Below, one piece after another: positions 13,024 to 23,031 of a stretch of 38,258 nt of DNA (position 1 is the first letter of the stretch; every line of letters begins with the position of its first letter). The stretch is from a virus (taxonomy: Duplodnaviria; Caudoviricetes): IMG/VR virus record IMGVR_UViG_3300033512_000657, positions 1 to 38,258 of that record. One strand, written 5' to 3'. A program made the translations under genes and the position numbers. Below the pieces are notes generated by a model that worked only from the letters and a program-made list of their open reading frames with translations, was not told where the DNA came from and did no database searches.

Positions 13024-13532
13024 TTGGACTTCAGTTTTTTAAATTTATCGAGAACCTCTTTTTGTTTATCATTCAACTCGACGTGGATGTTTGGAGTCAA
13101 GTCCTCTATGTATCTTGTTGGCTCTTTTTTCTCTACCTTCACGATCTCCCATAAGTCCTTTATGCGTTTGTCAAAAAAAAATCATGTCACTTCCTTTCAC
13201 TCATCAGTCTTCACAGTTAATTCCTCCACCGCAATGCTTGTCGCTTTCATTATCTTTTCGTGCATTTCTGAAAGCAATTCTATACTTGGTTTGTATATTT
13301 TATCGGCAACTTTCGATTCCAAAGATTTCAATGCTTTCTCCATAGCTTTCTTTTTAAATTCTTGTTTTTTATTACATCGTCACTTTGTGCTTTCTGCTCT
13401 ACTCCCGGTTTGTCCCTTTGCATCCGGCTTCACAATTCCCTTTTTTTTAAGGAACTTGAATACTGATTCCTCTTCGTCTGTAAGATACTCTAGGAAAAGT
13501 TTTTCTCGTGGATATTTTTTTACTTGAGGCAT
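13017..13532 (-). CDS. terS: terminase small subunit
   Basis: 171 aa overlapping terL start; KYP[W]EKLFLEY, TKG[W], VKVEKEPT. Confidence 0.65.
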
Positions 13533-13708
13533 CTTTCTTTTTGTACATGAGATAAAACGAAAGCAATTATGTCATCCATATGAATGATAACTTTTTGTTT
13601 CTTGAAATACATCTCAATGATCTTTCACTCTTTGAGATGTTTGTTTGCTCTTTTCCAGTTGATTCACTTTTTCCTGGAATAGTCCAATATTGAGTTGTAA
13701 TAAAACAT
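13520..13708 (-). CDS. small basic hypothetical protein (possible DNA-binding)
   Basis: 62 aa with TGA=Gly, first gene of packaging operon. Confidence 0.5.
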
Positions 13709-13798
13709 ATCGTTTTTGGTAATAAATGGAATAATTTACGTCGCAAATTAGGAATATACTATTGCTTCCATATTGCAACAAAAAAAGTCTTCAAAAAT

Positions 13799-13826
13799 TT
13801 GACAAATAAACTTTTTGGGTTATAAT
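13799..13826 (+). promoter_or_regulatory. consensus sigma70 promoter
   Basis: TTGACA-16nt-TATAAT upstream of two plus-strand genes. Confidence 0.75.
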
Positions 13827-13875
13827 TACATTGTCGATGGGTATCCTGTCGCATCTTTATTCTCTATATCACACC

Positions 13876-14163
13876 ATGCAAAACAAACAAAAAATCGTTG
13901 CACTGGTTGCTGGGATAGCAACACTGCAAGAAAAAAGGGAAAGGCTTTTAGAAAAAAGGAGATTACTTTGGAAAGAGTATCTCTGTGCCAATGTTATAAA
14001 AGGTACCAAAATTCTGCATATTTGGGATAAAACCTGCGGGAAAGTTCGACAAATAGATTCAGAAATTCTTTTACTCTCTACCCAACTCTATCATGAAAAA
14101 CAAAATCTATCTCATAACTACGAAAATTATTACTATCCTTTGAGTTGGGCTTGTGTTGCTTAG
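13876..14163 (+). CDS. hypothetical protein
   Basis: ATG 50 nt downstream of consensus promoter; 95 aa. Confidence 0.55.
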   Translation: MQNKQKIVALVAGIATLQEKRERLLEKRRLLWKEYLCANVIKGTKILHIWDKTCGKVRQIDSEILLLSTQLYHEKQNLSHNYENYYYPLSWACVA

Positions 14164-14641
14164 CCCAAAACTTGCTATCCTTATCGCACAACGGAATAGG
14201 TTCTTCTTTGTGAAGTTCGTAATATTGATATTCCTTGTGATGTTTGTGGATCAATACATGGCATTCATTATGGAGAACCTCCCAAGAATCAAAAAGCTTT
14301 TTGGTAGAATATCTTTTGAGAGATCCATCGATGGGATCCCATGCACAAGGTTGCTATCGTTTTTGATGGAATATGATGGGATGCCAACAAATGAATTCAT
14401 AGCAAAATTTGGCTTATCCAAGGAGTCAACAAAAATCCTAGGAGATAATTTGGAGCGCGTTGGTATATTGGAGCGTGGAGCAAAAAATGCAAGGGTTTTG
14501 AGCAGGGTATATGATCCAGAAAAGATATTGGGTATATTACAAAATTCATCCGACTCCTCTACTCTATCAATACCACTGGTGAATATATCTCCTACATCGT
14601 ACGTATTCGCCAATAGTGGCTTGGTAAGCCAAGAAAACTAG
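14093..14641 (+). CDS. membrane protein with C-terminal winged-helix-like domain
   Basis: 182 aa with one TGA; two hydrophobic segments then FIAKFGLSKESTKILGDNLERVGILERGAKNARVL. Confidence 0.65.
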
Positions 14642-14674
14642 AAAGAAAACAGACGGAAAACAAAAATAGAACTA

Positions 14675-14709
14675 ACAGAAAACACCCCCGAAAGGAGGTG
14701 TTTTTCTGT
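14675..14709. terminator. bidirectional intrinsic terminator
   Basis: AAAACACC-CCCGAAAGGA-GGTGTTTTT between convergent genes. Confidence 0.75.
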
Positions 14710-14776
14710 CTTTTATCTTTTTCTACCATGATGAAGTGGTGCTTTTTGTATACTCATTTTTGTACACGATGCAAGT

Positions 14777-15013
14777 CTATTGATTCCGAAAGTTATGACA
14801 TTTTTTGCAGGAATACGACTTCCTTCACTTTCATAGGCTTTGGATAATTCAAACGATTATGGCCAAGGCTATGAATCCAAAACCAACTACAATTATTGGG
14901 AAGAAAACTATTCATATCAGGACCATCACACATCATATCGCCGCAACCATAATCATTCAACTTACCGTTTCATACGACCCACATTTTGGGCATTGTTTAT
15001 TTGTTGGTGTCAT
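14777..15013 (-). CDS. small membrane protein with split Zn-ribbon
   Basis: CPKCG...hydrophobic hairpin...CKKCHNF[CGG=W]NQ; 78 aa. Confidence 0.7.
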
Positions 15014-15028
15014 TCTATAGGAAAAAAA

Positions 15029-15550
15029 TTAAATATCATCCTCATACTTTTGGTCGAAGCACTCTTCGCAATATGGTCATTGGTGGATTGGGATCATTCT
15101 TAAACATTCTTTGCACGGCTTTGTTTCTTTTGTATTCATTCAATTTGTTTTGTAATGTTTCTTGAATCTCTTCTTAAACACTACCTTGAATTTATCAACT
15201 CACTCTTGTGATACGAAATATTGTTTCTTTCCAAGTTTGGATTTCTTTTCTACTATCCCCTCAATCAATCACTCTTTCTTAAGTTGGGAGAACCTTCCTG
15301 TTGAATATCAGAACAACTCACAAAATCATTCTACTGTATATAGCTTGCCATGTCACTCTGGGTTGTAGGGCGCCGCAATTTCTTTTGAGGGTTCGATCTT
15401 GGTTTCTTCGACTTTTGGACTCGTAGCAACGCCGAGAGATTCGATGCGGGTTATTTTATAGGAAACAACGTCCCCGTATACAGCAACCTTTCACTTCTCG
15501 GAATCATCTTCCAAGTATCAAAGCAGGATGTTTTTTATTTCGAACTTCAT
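15029..15550 (-). CDS. putative DNA-binding protein (HTH-like plus CxxC pairs)
   Basis: 173 aa; LYTVEGFCELFGYSTGRFSQLKKEGLI; CKEC..CEEC. Confidence 0.55.
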
Positions 15551-15574
15551 TTGATTTGATTTGATTTGGTAAAT

Positions 15575-15655
15575 AGAAGACCTTGCACAAGATCGCTAAA
15601 AGCAAAAGCGAAGCGGATATCATCTTGCTTTTCGTCAATTTGTGCTAGTGTCTTC
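15575..15655. repeat. structured repeat copy 1 (attC-like hairpin)
   Basis: AGAAGACCTTGCACAAGA...TTGTGCTAGTGTCT; ends identical to copy 2, interior different but self-complementary. Confidence 0.8.
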
Positions 15656-15674
15656 GTTCACGTTGGGAGTGGCA

Positions 15675-15702
15675 TTGCATAAAACTAATGGATTAGTATA
15701 TT
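15675..15702 (+). promoter_or_regulatory. putative cassette promoter
   Basis: TTGCAT-16nt-TATATT upstream of ATG 15743. Confidence 0.5.
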
Positions 15703-15742
15703 TAAATCGCTACAATCTTTACATACTAATCCTTTTTGTCCT

Positions 15743-16027
15743 ATGGAATACACATCTTATATTTTTTCTATACTCGCATCTATTGCTACAGTTCTTTCCT
15801 TATTTGCCACGATATATACAATACAGACAAGGAAACTCATATTGAAAAACAACTTAAACATAACGAAACAATTTGGGGTATCGAACACTTCATATCAAGC
15901 TAGTGGTAATATTATAAATAAATACTGAATACAAATAGAGGAGTTGGATAAAAGACTTTCAGATATTGAAAGAGATATACTCAAGAAAGCAGATGAAAAT
16001 TCCTTCGTTTCTTCAATAATGTTCTAA
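15743..16027 (+). CDS. small membrane-anchored coiled-coil protein (cassette gene)
   Basis: 94 aa with one TGA read-through; N-terminal TM segment; opposite strand to neighbours. Confidence 0.7.
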
Positions 16028-16069
16028 TAAACACTTCGTGAAGAGCCAAGTCTAGCACTGTGTTTCAGG

Positions 16070-16141
16070 AGAAGACCTTGCACAAGAATAGTTGCGTAAG
16101 GTTATTTCCAACTAACGCAATATATCTTGTGCTAGTGTCTA
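16070..16141. repeat. structured repeat copy 2 (attC-like hairpin)
   Basis: AGAAGACCTTGCACAAGA...TCTTGTGCTAGTGTCT; overlaps TAG stop of the Dps-like gene. Confidence 0.8.
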
Positions 16142-16573
16142 TATCCCGATCTCTTTATTGTTCTTGAAGATAAACACTCAAAGTTCTTTTCTCCATCCAA
16201 TAATTTCGTTGTTCAAAATTGTGTCGCTGTCTTTGCTTCACAATTCTCGTGCTTTCATATACATTTCCAAATAATCCATCGATTGTTTCAATACTTCTTT
16301 CTGCAAAGAAACATTCTTTTCTACTTCGTTGTCTTGTGTGATCTTGCTTTGGATTTGGATTTCAGCGTATTGTGTTGGGAAAGATATTCACAAAAGTTCT
16401 TGTCTTTCCAAAAGAAAGTCCAATTTGTCGTCAGCCCAATCATATATTTCGCCCAAGAAAGGGTGGTAATACATCGATCATTGTCAAGAACATTTGACGT
16501 GCATATTGTGGACGTTGTCCCTGAAAACGAAAAGCGTTGAAAACAACTGGTTGTAAATTTCTTTGATATCCAT
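16139..16573 (-). CDS. ferritin/Dps-like protein
   Basis: 144 aa; HNMHVKCSGQGSMYYHPFLGEIYD..DFLLERQELLG matches Dps helix A/B pattern. Confidence 0.7.
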
Positions 16574-16581
16574 GGGTATTT

Positions 16582-16905
16582 TTACAAGAAATAAATATCT
16601 TTTTGTGGATTCCTCTCTAGATTTTTTAAGAAATCATATGTGATTCTTTCTCACCTTTTGAGTTTCTCTTCTATTATGAATTTGTTTCACGCGACAAGAC
16701 GATCGACTTCGTGGTGTTCGTCCTCGTTTGCGACAAGCACAATGTTGTTTGGATCAAGTTTATACTTTTTGTACGTTCATTTCGGAAGAACGTGAGCAAA
16801 ACATCGAGCCTTTGGTTCGTTTATTCGCACTTGCGATATTTCCGATTGGTGGATACGAGTTCTTCGTATATACCAAAACAAATCCTTTTGATTCATAAAC
16901 TGCAT
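16582..16905 (-). CDS. HNH-like endonuclease
   Basis: 107 aa; YI[W]RTR..SEIS..CFAHVLPKG.Y..YKLDPNNIVLV..EHHEVD. Confidence 0.65.
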
Positions 16906-16915
16906 ATCTTTGTGG

Positions 16916-17236
16916 TTATTTTGTAAGATCATCTTGTTTATTATCAAAATAATCCTTCAATATTCAATAGATATATTTTTTCAGTTCTATGCTTTGACTT
17001 GTGAGTTCTGGAAGATTAGTATCCCACCTTTTACAAATCGCCACGCAAACTGATTCCCGCTTCTCTGATCACTTCTCGAACACCTGTGCCATTCAATGCA
17101 AAACATCCGAAAGTATTACATGGAATATTCTTATTTTTTCTTTGTCCTCTTTTTCGTCGAAGTATTTGTAGCTCCTTGTGAGCCTCAAAAAAAACTCCTT
17201 ATTCATTTCCTCCTCTTTTACTTTGCTTTCACTCAT
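16916..17236 (-). CDS. hypothetical protein
   Basis: 106 aa open frame with TGA=Gly. Confidence 0.55.
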
Positions 17237-17338
17237 GGCGTATGTTTGAAAAATAAAATCATTACCCACCAGAATCTTGCTGTCTCCACAACAAGCATGT
17301 TTTCTAGTGGAAAGTTTTTAACGAAATGGTCTGAATAC

Positions 17339-17378
17339 GGTGGGAGTTGCGGAATCGAACCGCTTCGCCAAAGCTCCC
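17339..17378 (-). ncRNA. tRNA-like minihelix (acceptor stem + T-arm only)
   Basis: GGGAGCT-TTGGCGAA-GCGG-TTCGATT-CCGC-AACTCCC-ACC; no D or anticodon arm. Confidence 0.4.
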
Positions 17379-17384
17379 GTATAT

Positions 17385-17412
17385 AAGCCCTCTTAGTAAA
17401 GAGAGCTTTTTT
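17385..17412. terminator. putative terminator hairpin
   Basis: GCCCTCTT-AGTA-AAGAGAGC followed by T-run on +; also folds on -. Confidence 0.5.
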
Positions 17413-17413
17413 G

Positions 17414-17593
17414 TTAATACTGTTTTAAATACTTTACTTCTACGCGATCAACCTTGATATCACCAGTCGATGAGTCTTCATCGTCTTGTATGATTGTGAT
17501 CTTTAACTCTGGATCAACTCTTTGATAAGCGGCAATAACGGCTCTAGATAAAGATGTCATCCACAATTCTCCATTGTACCAAACTAGATTCAT
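17414..17593 (-). CDS. hypothetical protein
   Basis: 59 aa ORF tiling early operon. Confidence 0.5.
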   Translation of the reverse strand: MNLVWYNGELWMTSLSRAVIAAYQRVDPELKITIIQDDEDSSTGDIKVDRVEVKYLKQY

Positions 17594-17723
17594 TTCTTTT
17601 TCTCCTCATCAATTTTAGTTAGATACTTCAACAACCTTTTAAAGTCGTCAGATAATTCTTTACACTCGCAAAACATCTTCTTACAGACTTTGCATTTCTT
17701 TTTTAACTTTAGTTTCATAACTT

Positions 17724-17945
17724 TTATTTTTGTTTACGTTTAACAAAGTACAGGTTCCTGAATATCGTGTTATCCATAAGTTCAGAAACTTGCTTTTCTT
17801 CTTTTACATTCGTCTCACAATTGATTACTTCAATTGTTTCTCTACCATTGATTTGCATCCACTCGTAGAATAGTGTCGACCTGAGAACTGTTAAGTGTTT
17901 ATACAATTCTCCTGTCGTTTTGTCATTTAAATAAACTGTTGTCAT
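17724..17945 (-). CDS. hypothetical protein
   Basis: 73 aa ORF in track, co-oriented. Confidence 0.55.
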   Translation of the reverse strand: MTTVYLNDKTTGELYKHLTVLRSTLFYEWMQINGRETIEVINCETNVKEEKQVSELMDNTIFRNLYFVKRKQK

Positions 17946-17978
17946 ACTATTTATATTTAAGTGTTTTATTTAGCTTTT

Positions 17979-18164
17979 TTAAATCTTCTCATGTCTCTTC
18001 ATAGACTCCACAATCATATCAAAGAACAACTGTAACTTCGTTAGTTGTCTCTGGTCGGCTACCTTCTCTGATTCTTTCAACACATTCGTCTCTATCTCCA
18101 AATCATTCTTTTTATCTTCGATAGTATTGTAGTCTTGTTTGTCTGCTCGTTCTTTGTTGTTCAT
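17979..18164 (-). CDS. hypothetical protein
   Basis: 61 aa ORF in track, co-oriented. Confidence 0.55.
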   Translation of the reverse strand: MNNKERADKQDYNTIEDKKNDLEIETNVLKESEKVADQRQLTKLQLFFDMIVESMKRHEKI

Positions 18165-18184
18165 TGCAGATTGTAAAAATAAAA

Positions 18185-18391
18185 TTAGTCACATTTACAT
18201 TTTTTAGTTTTACATTTACACTTTCGATAGATATCTCGTGTTTCTTTATATAACGATTTTCATCTCTCATTGAGTAAATCAGCATCTATAAAACTCTCTA
18301 AAATATCATTGAACTTACGTCAATCCCATTCCCACTCTTTCATGATTAGCAGAACATTATGTTCAGTACATATACTCTTATCCGTATTCAT
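18185..18391 (-). CDS. hypothetical protein
   Basis: 68 aa with TGA=Gly. Confidence 0.5.
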
Positions 18392-18411
18392 GTAAGTTAT
18401 TGTATGTAAAA

Positions 18412-18726
18412 TTATCGCTTGACTATATGAATATGCCTTTGATTCTTCCTGCTTTTATCATCCTCCGCATTCTCTATCTTAGTATGCTCTTTATAGCTTC
18501 TCATAAGAATAGAAAGCTCCATATCTTTTCACTTGCTTGGGCTTGGATGTTTCTCCCATAGAATCAGGTGCTCTGTGGTGTTAGAATATGGTCGTGGATT
18601 CTTTGCTGTTATTCGGTGCATATGATTCTCTACAATATCTCACCATTTTTTGAACCACTCCAAGTCTAATCGTTCTGGAGCATTTGGTCTTATTGAATAG
18701 TCTGGGACATAGTTGCGGAAGTTCAT
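18412..18726 (-). CDS. HIT-like protein
   Basis: 104 aa; AKNP[W]PYSNTTEHLILW ... NQRHIHIV. Confidence 0.45.
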
Positions 18727-19049
18727 TACTCGCAAGGTGACAAACTAAAGTCGATATACTCTTCTCACTTTTTCACAATGTGTTTTTTAGCGTGTATTTC
18801 GTAAATCCTATCGTCATCAAACGAATACTTTTTTTGTAGGATGTCCAAGAATGGCTTCAATACATTGTCCAAATCCTGTTGCACACTGCTTAGTCAAACA
18901 GATATTTCTAGTTTCAACTTTCATTCAGGTATTGCCATCTTTTTAAGCAAAACCATCACGATCTTTTCGTATCTTTGATACAATGTCGTTTTGTATCTTT
19001 TCCCCTGCCAAGCAGTATTCACAGACATTGGCTTGATGTTTATTTTCAT
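18726..19049 (-). CDS. rusA: RusA-family Holliday junction resolvase
   Basis: KPMSVNTAWQGKR..DLDNVLKPFLDILQKKYSFDDDRIYEI. Confidence 0.87.
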
Positions 19050-19255
19050 GGTTTTTTGGTTAACGATTTATTTCTTTTCCTGTACTCCTTCAAATATTTC
19101 TTCATGTATTCTTTGTTTCTTTTCAGATACTCCTCACTTCTATGATATTCTTTCCGATAGTCTTTGTTTTTCTCATAATATCTTGCGTTATGCTCTCTGA
19201 CTAGATCCTTATTTTTTTGCCTCCATTCTTTCTTGTATTTCTTCATGTCAAACAT
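19040..19255 (-). CDS. basic Lys/Tyr/Glu-rich repeat protein
   Basis: 71 aa, repeats like KEYxxxN. Confidence 0.55.
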
Positions 19256-19261
19256 CTGTTC

Positions 19262-19936
19262 CTATAATCAAGATAAAACAAACTTCTCTACAATAATTCC
19301 TTTCTTTTGGGATAGCTCAAACAATCAGTTCGTTGATATGTATATTTTGTATTTTCAGAGATATGTGCAATATTTACTGTTGCAATACAATTTCAATTCC
19401 CTTTCTCAAAGCTCGTTTTTATTCTTTCAATTCACATTATCATAAACCCAAATAGATCAATTTGAGTATCAAGAACTCACTACCGCAAAGTGTGTCGATC
19501 TCGATCACGACGAAGCCTCTCAAAATCATTTCCAGTATGTGAAGTCTCAACGCTCTGCTCACCTAGGATCAATTTTTGTTCAAAGTTCGTATAGCGAATC
19601 CGACCTCAAATGTCAAAGTTCTTTTTTTGTGAAAACTCACTTCATAAATCCATACGCTTTCATCAATCACGAACAATCAAAACAATCAACACAACATCAA
19701 ACATATTTCTGCTTTTCCTCGCTTCGAGTTTTTGGAGTAGCCGATCACATGCAACCTCTTGCGTATCTGAAATTGGATATCCTATCCATGAACAAAAAAT
19801 AATCCTCTATGATAATTTCTTTTTGTGACTCCCAAATATTTCTCTGTATTTCATCAATGTTTCATGTGAATATTTGATCCGATGGAATGAAATACAAAGA
19901 CATCATTCCCATCATAAAGGCAACTAGTGTTTCCAT
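19262..19936 (-). CDS. NlpC/P60-family cell-wall peptidase with N-terminal hydrophobic segment
   Basis: 224 aa; CFDCSGLMKAY, ERGDFTYW, THFAVV (catalytic Cys/His pattern). Confidence 0.78.
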
Positions 19937-20014
19937 CAATTTTTAAACTGATTAAAATCGAGACACATAAATCATTGCTTATCTTGGAATCAAACAACAA
20001 TCGTTCATGTGCAA

Positions 20015-20206
20015 TTATTTATCTTTACTGAAGAGTCTTTTATAGACCCTTGATTCGGAATTATCTTTCGTCCTAGAAATAATATCATGAGTAGAAAAGA
20101 AACCGAGATCGATATTTTTAGTATCATTGAAAACAATTTTGTCGATGAACCTTTTTCTAAAACTTTGGATTTTTTCAAACTGGTCTTGAAGATCATGTAT
20201 CGTCAT
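20015..20206 (-). CDS. hypothetical protein
   Basis: 63 aa ORF in track. Confidence 0.5.
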   Translation of the reverse strand: MTIHDLQDQFEKIQSFRKRFIDKIVFNDTKNIDLGFFSTHDIISRTKDNSESRVYKRLFSKDK

Positions 20207-20225
20207 CTTGTTGTTTTGGATAAAA

Positions 20226-20588
20226 TTATTTTATCTTTTCAATACTAACATTTATCAGTCATCTTTTCAACGATCATATTTGTTTGAAAGCGTGCGATGA
20301 TAGATCAACAACTCTTTTGTGGTTTCTCATGAAATCGTTGTTGAAGCAAGACACGCACTTTCAGTTGTCCAAATTACAAATCCTATACATTCAATAATCT
20401 TTGTGGTGATCATGGAACGCACAAGTGTCGTGTTTCTTCGATCGTCATGGATTGTTTTTAAGGTCATAATTGTACCAACTAGCAATTCAGGTCTGCAAAA
20501 CAACTGGAGCCTCGTATTTCGTAATATCTATTTTCAGTATTCAAATATTCGCAGTGTGTAGGAATAAATAGAACAGCAAACTTGCCAT
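20226..20588 (-). CDS. RlpA-like double-psi beta-barrel protein (putative lytic transglycosylase)
   Basis: 120 aa; QTGIASWY..TCA..ICNLDNGKCV..ND..RVVDLSSHAFKQIGSLKRGLINVSIE. Confidence 0.82.
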
Positions 20589-20779
20589 TATGAGAATAGT
20601 CAAAATAAAACAACGTATCACAATCCGAGCATTCATGCAAAAAGGAAACATTTCGTAAGTACGTTTTTTTCTTGTTTTTGGAATTTGATGGGCATGGAGT
20701 TCAATACAAAATAAATCTTATGTACCGACAGTATATCTTTTTTTGCGTGAATATCAAGAGGAAGTTTAAGAAAAGACAT
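20588..20779 (-). CDS. small membrane protein
   Basis: 63 aa, C-terminal TM; TAA overlaps next ATG. Confidence 0.45.
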
Positions 20780-20887
20780 AATCAATAACCTTGTCCAAAA
20801 ACTCCCAATCGACCCACATTTTCAATCAATTTTCCAGTCAAACCAATACCCAATTTCATTTTTGAGATAGTATTTCGATCATTTTCA

Positions 20888-21199
20888 CTAGAAGTTTTTA
20901 AATTCTATCCCAACCTCTTCGATTCCATCCGACAACATAGCAGTCAAGAATCATATCATCTTTGAATCGATCTTGATTTTAATCAACATCGCATTCTTCA
21001 TCGATTCCCATCTCAAAACAAAAACATTTCATTCGATACTCCTTCATCATTCAGCTTTGAAAAGTTGTCACTCTTCGTCAACAGCTCACATTTTGATTTT
21101 GTATTGATCGCACATCGTGCTTAATTTCCTGTCGATTTTCAGGGAGGCGGTGAATCATTCACTCACCTCATACCCAAACTTCACTATTTTTGCTTTCAT
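20888..21199 (-). CDS. hypothetical protein
   Basis: 103 aa open with TGA=Gly. Confidence 0.55.
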
Positions 21200-21408
21200 T
21201 TTTCAATTAAATGGGTAAAAAGTGCCTTCTCTTGTTTGTGTAGTCGTAGAATTATTTCTTGTTTCGTGAACGATATCCTATCTGTATTTTCAATACATCT
21301 AATCAATTCGTCACAAAGCAACATTGCGATATTGTCTACTTCTTCTGTATGTTGTTTATTCTCTGAATACGAACAGTATCGGCACTTTTCTTTTCCTTCT
21401 ATTTTCAT
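21184..21408 (-). CDS. hypothetical protein
   Basis: 74 aa, CRYC near N-terminus. Confidence 0.5.
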
Positions 21409-21624
21409 TTGTACTTATCTTTGAAAATAAAAGACTATAACATCATATAAGAACCTTCAAATAAAAGTTCACAGAAAAACACAAACCACCCGCTCAAGAG
21501 TTTTCATTAAATATGCTTCAAAAAATAATAAAAAAGATATACCAAACAAACACATAAAATCACCATCGCACATCACAAAACCATAATGGTTGCAATTGTT
21601 TTTTCGTCTTTCATGTGTTGCTTA

Positions 21625-22173
21625 CTAAAATAAAACGATTTTATTTTTCCTATACATCTCACAAAAACATTTCTTCGTTGCGGTGATATCACACAAAGCA
21701 TCGTGGGCATCTTCAAATTTTTCTCAGAAAATCTTTTCATGGAGATCTTGTAGTTTTGCCCATTTCGATGATCACATAACTTCTTGCGTTGCTGGATGTT
21801 TCATAGTACAAAGCGTTTTCACTTTTGATCGGTCGAATGTTATTCAAAGAATTTCACATTCTCTTTTCAACATTCTCATATCGAAATCCACGTTATGGCA
21901 AACAACAAGATCCGCTTTGTTCATATACGCCAAGAACTCTTTGATATACGAATCCATGTATTTGAACTTCGATATTTTTTCTTTTGTGATATGGTGGATA
22001 TCCGATGCTCACTTTGAGATTTCACGATCAGTGTTTATCATCTGATTGATTATACGCTCATCGAAGAAAACATCCGCTTCTTTATCATAGAATCAAAATA
22101 TTGCTCAAAACTGGATGATCCTATCTTGGCTTTCAAGCCCTGTTGTTTCTGTATCGAAAAAGAATATTTGCAT
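21625..22173 (-). CDS. DEDDh 3'-5' exonuclease (DnaQ-like)
   Basis: FFDTETTGL, VCHNVDFD, AHDALCDI motifs; 182 aa. Confidence 0.9.
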
Positions 22174-22196
22174 TTGTTACTTTTTAGACAAAATAA

Positions 22197-22418
22197 TTAA
22201 TAATCTATAGGTTTGTACCGTTTCATAAAATTTGATATACTTATTTTTAGATAGTTATTAAAAAGCCAAGCAAATAACCTATTACATCACAAAGGCACAA
22301 GATAAACTGTTTCATCTTTCACTTTCACAACAAAATCATATCATATTTTAAACTTCATATCTTTCGACATAATGCACCAAATTTCTCACCTCTTAGGGTA
22401 TTTTTTCACTTTTTTCAT
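22197..22418 (-). CDS. hypothetical protein
   Basis: 73 aa open with TGA=Gly. Confidence 0.45.
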
Positions 22419-22422
22419 TTGT

Positions 22423-23031
22423 TTATTTTATTGATAAATTCCTATTTTTCTTGATGTATATTTTCCCCTCCAATTCCTTCTTTTCATCTTCGGAAAGTCC
22501 CTTGTATCGTGTTTTTATTTCAGGGAGTCCGGATCTTGATACTGTAACATTGTATCATTTCTTTTCTAGATCCTCAACATCTTCTGGCATAATTCTTAAA
22601 ACATTGTATATCCTCATATCAAGTGGTAGGAAGTCGAGATCTTCAATAGCCATAGACTCTGAATTTGTGAACTTAATTTTTGCAACAGGTGTTTCCATTT
22701 CTTCAATCCCTGCAACATTCAAGAGGTACTCAATCCATTTGTCGGTTTTTTCTATTTTTTTGTCGTGTGCTTTTTTGCGTTCTGTAAGTTTTTTGAGCTG
22801 TTCGGATATTCCATCCGAAATCATTATTTCCTCTCTTCTTTCGGATAACTTCCGTTCGATGTAGCTTCTTACTTCATCTTTGTGTTCGGAAATCTTATCC
22901 GACAATTCTTTTTTTACCAACTCGATATCCCCTGGGGATAGAGATTGGCTCTCGCAATATTCTTGATCGTCCAGCAATTCTAGCGTTTGCATTGTATCAA
23001 AAATATTCTTTATGTTTTCAGTTAGTTTCAT
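22423..23031 (-). CDS. siphovirus Gp157-like protein
   Basis: 202 aa; coiled coil LKKLTERKKAHDKK, IEEMETPVAKIKFTNSES, C-terminal NLSIK. Confidence 0.72.

Noticed and set aside
15551-15568. TTGAT tandem repeat
   Set aside because: Short low-complexity A-rich leader (on the minus strand) before an ATG; no further support
15575-16141. CRISPR array or IS terminal repeats
   Set aside because: Only two long structured copies ~415 nt apart, in direct orientation, with no cas or transposase gene
17339-17378. Functional suppressor tRNA for TGA or CGR
   Set aside because: No D arm or anticodon arm
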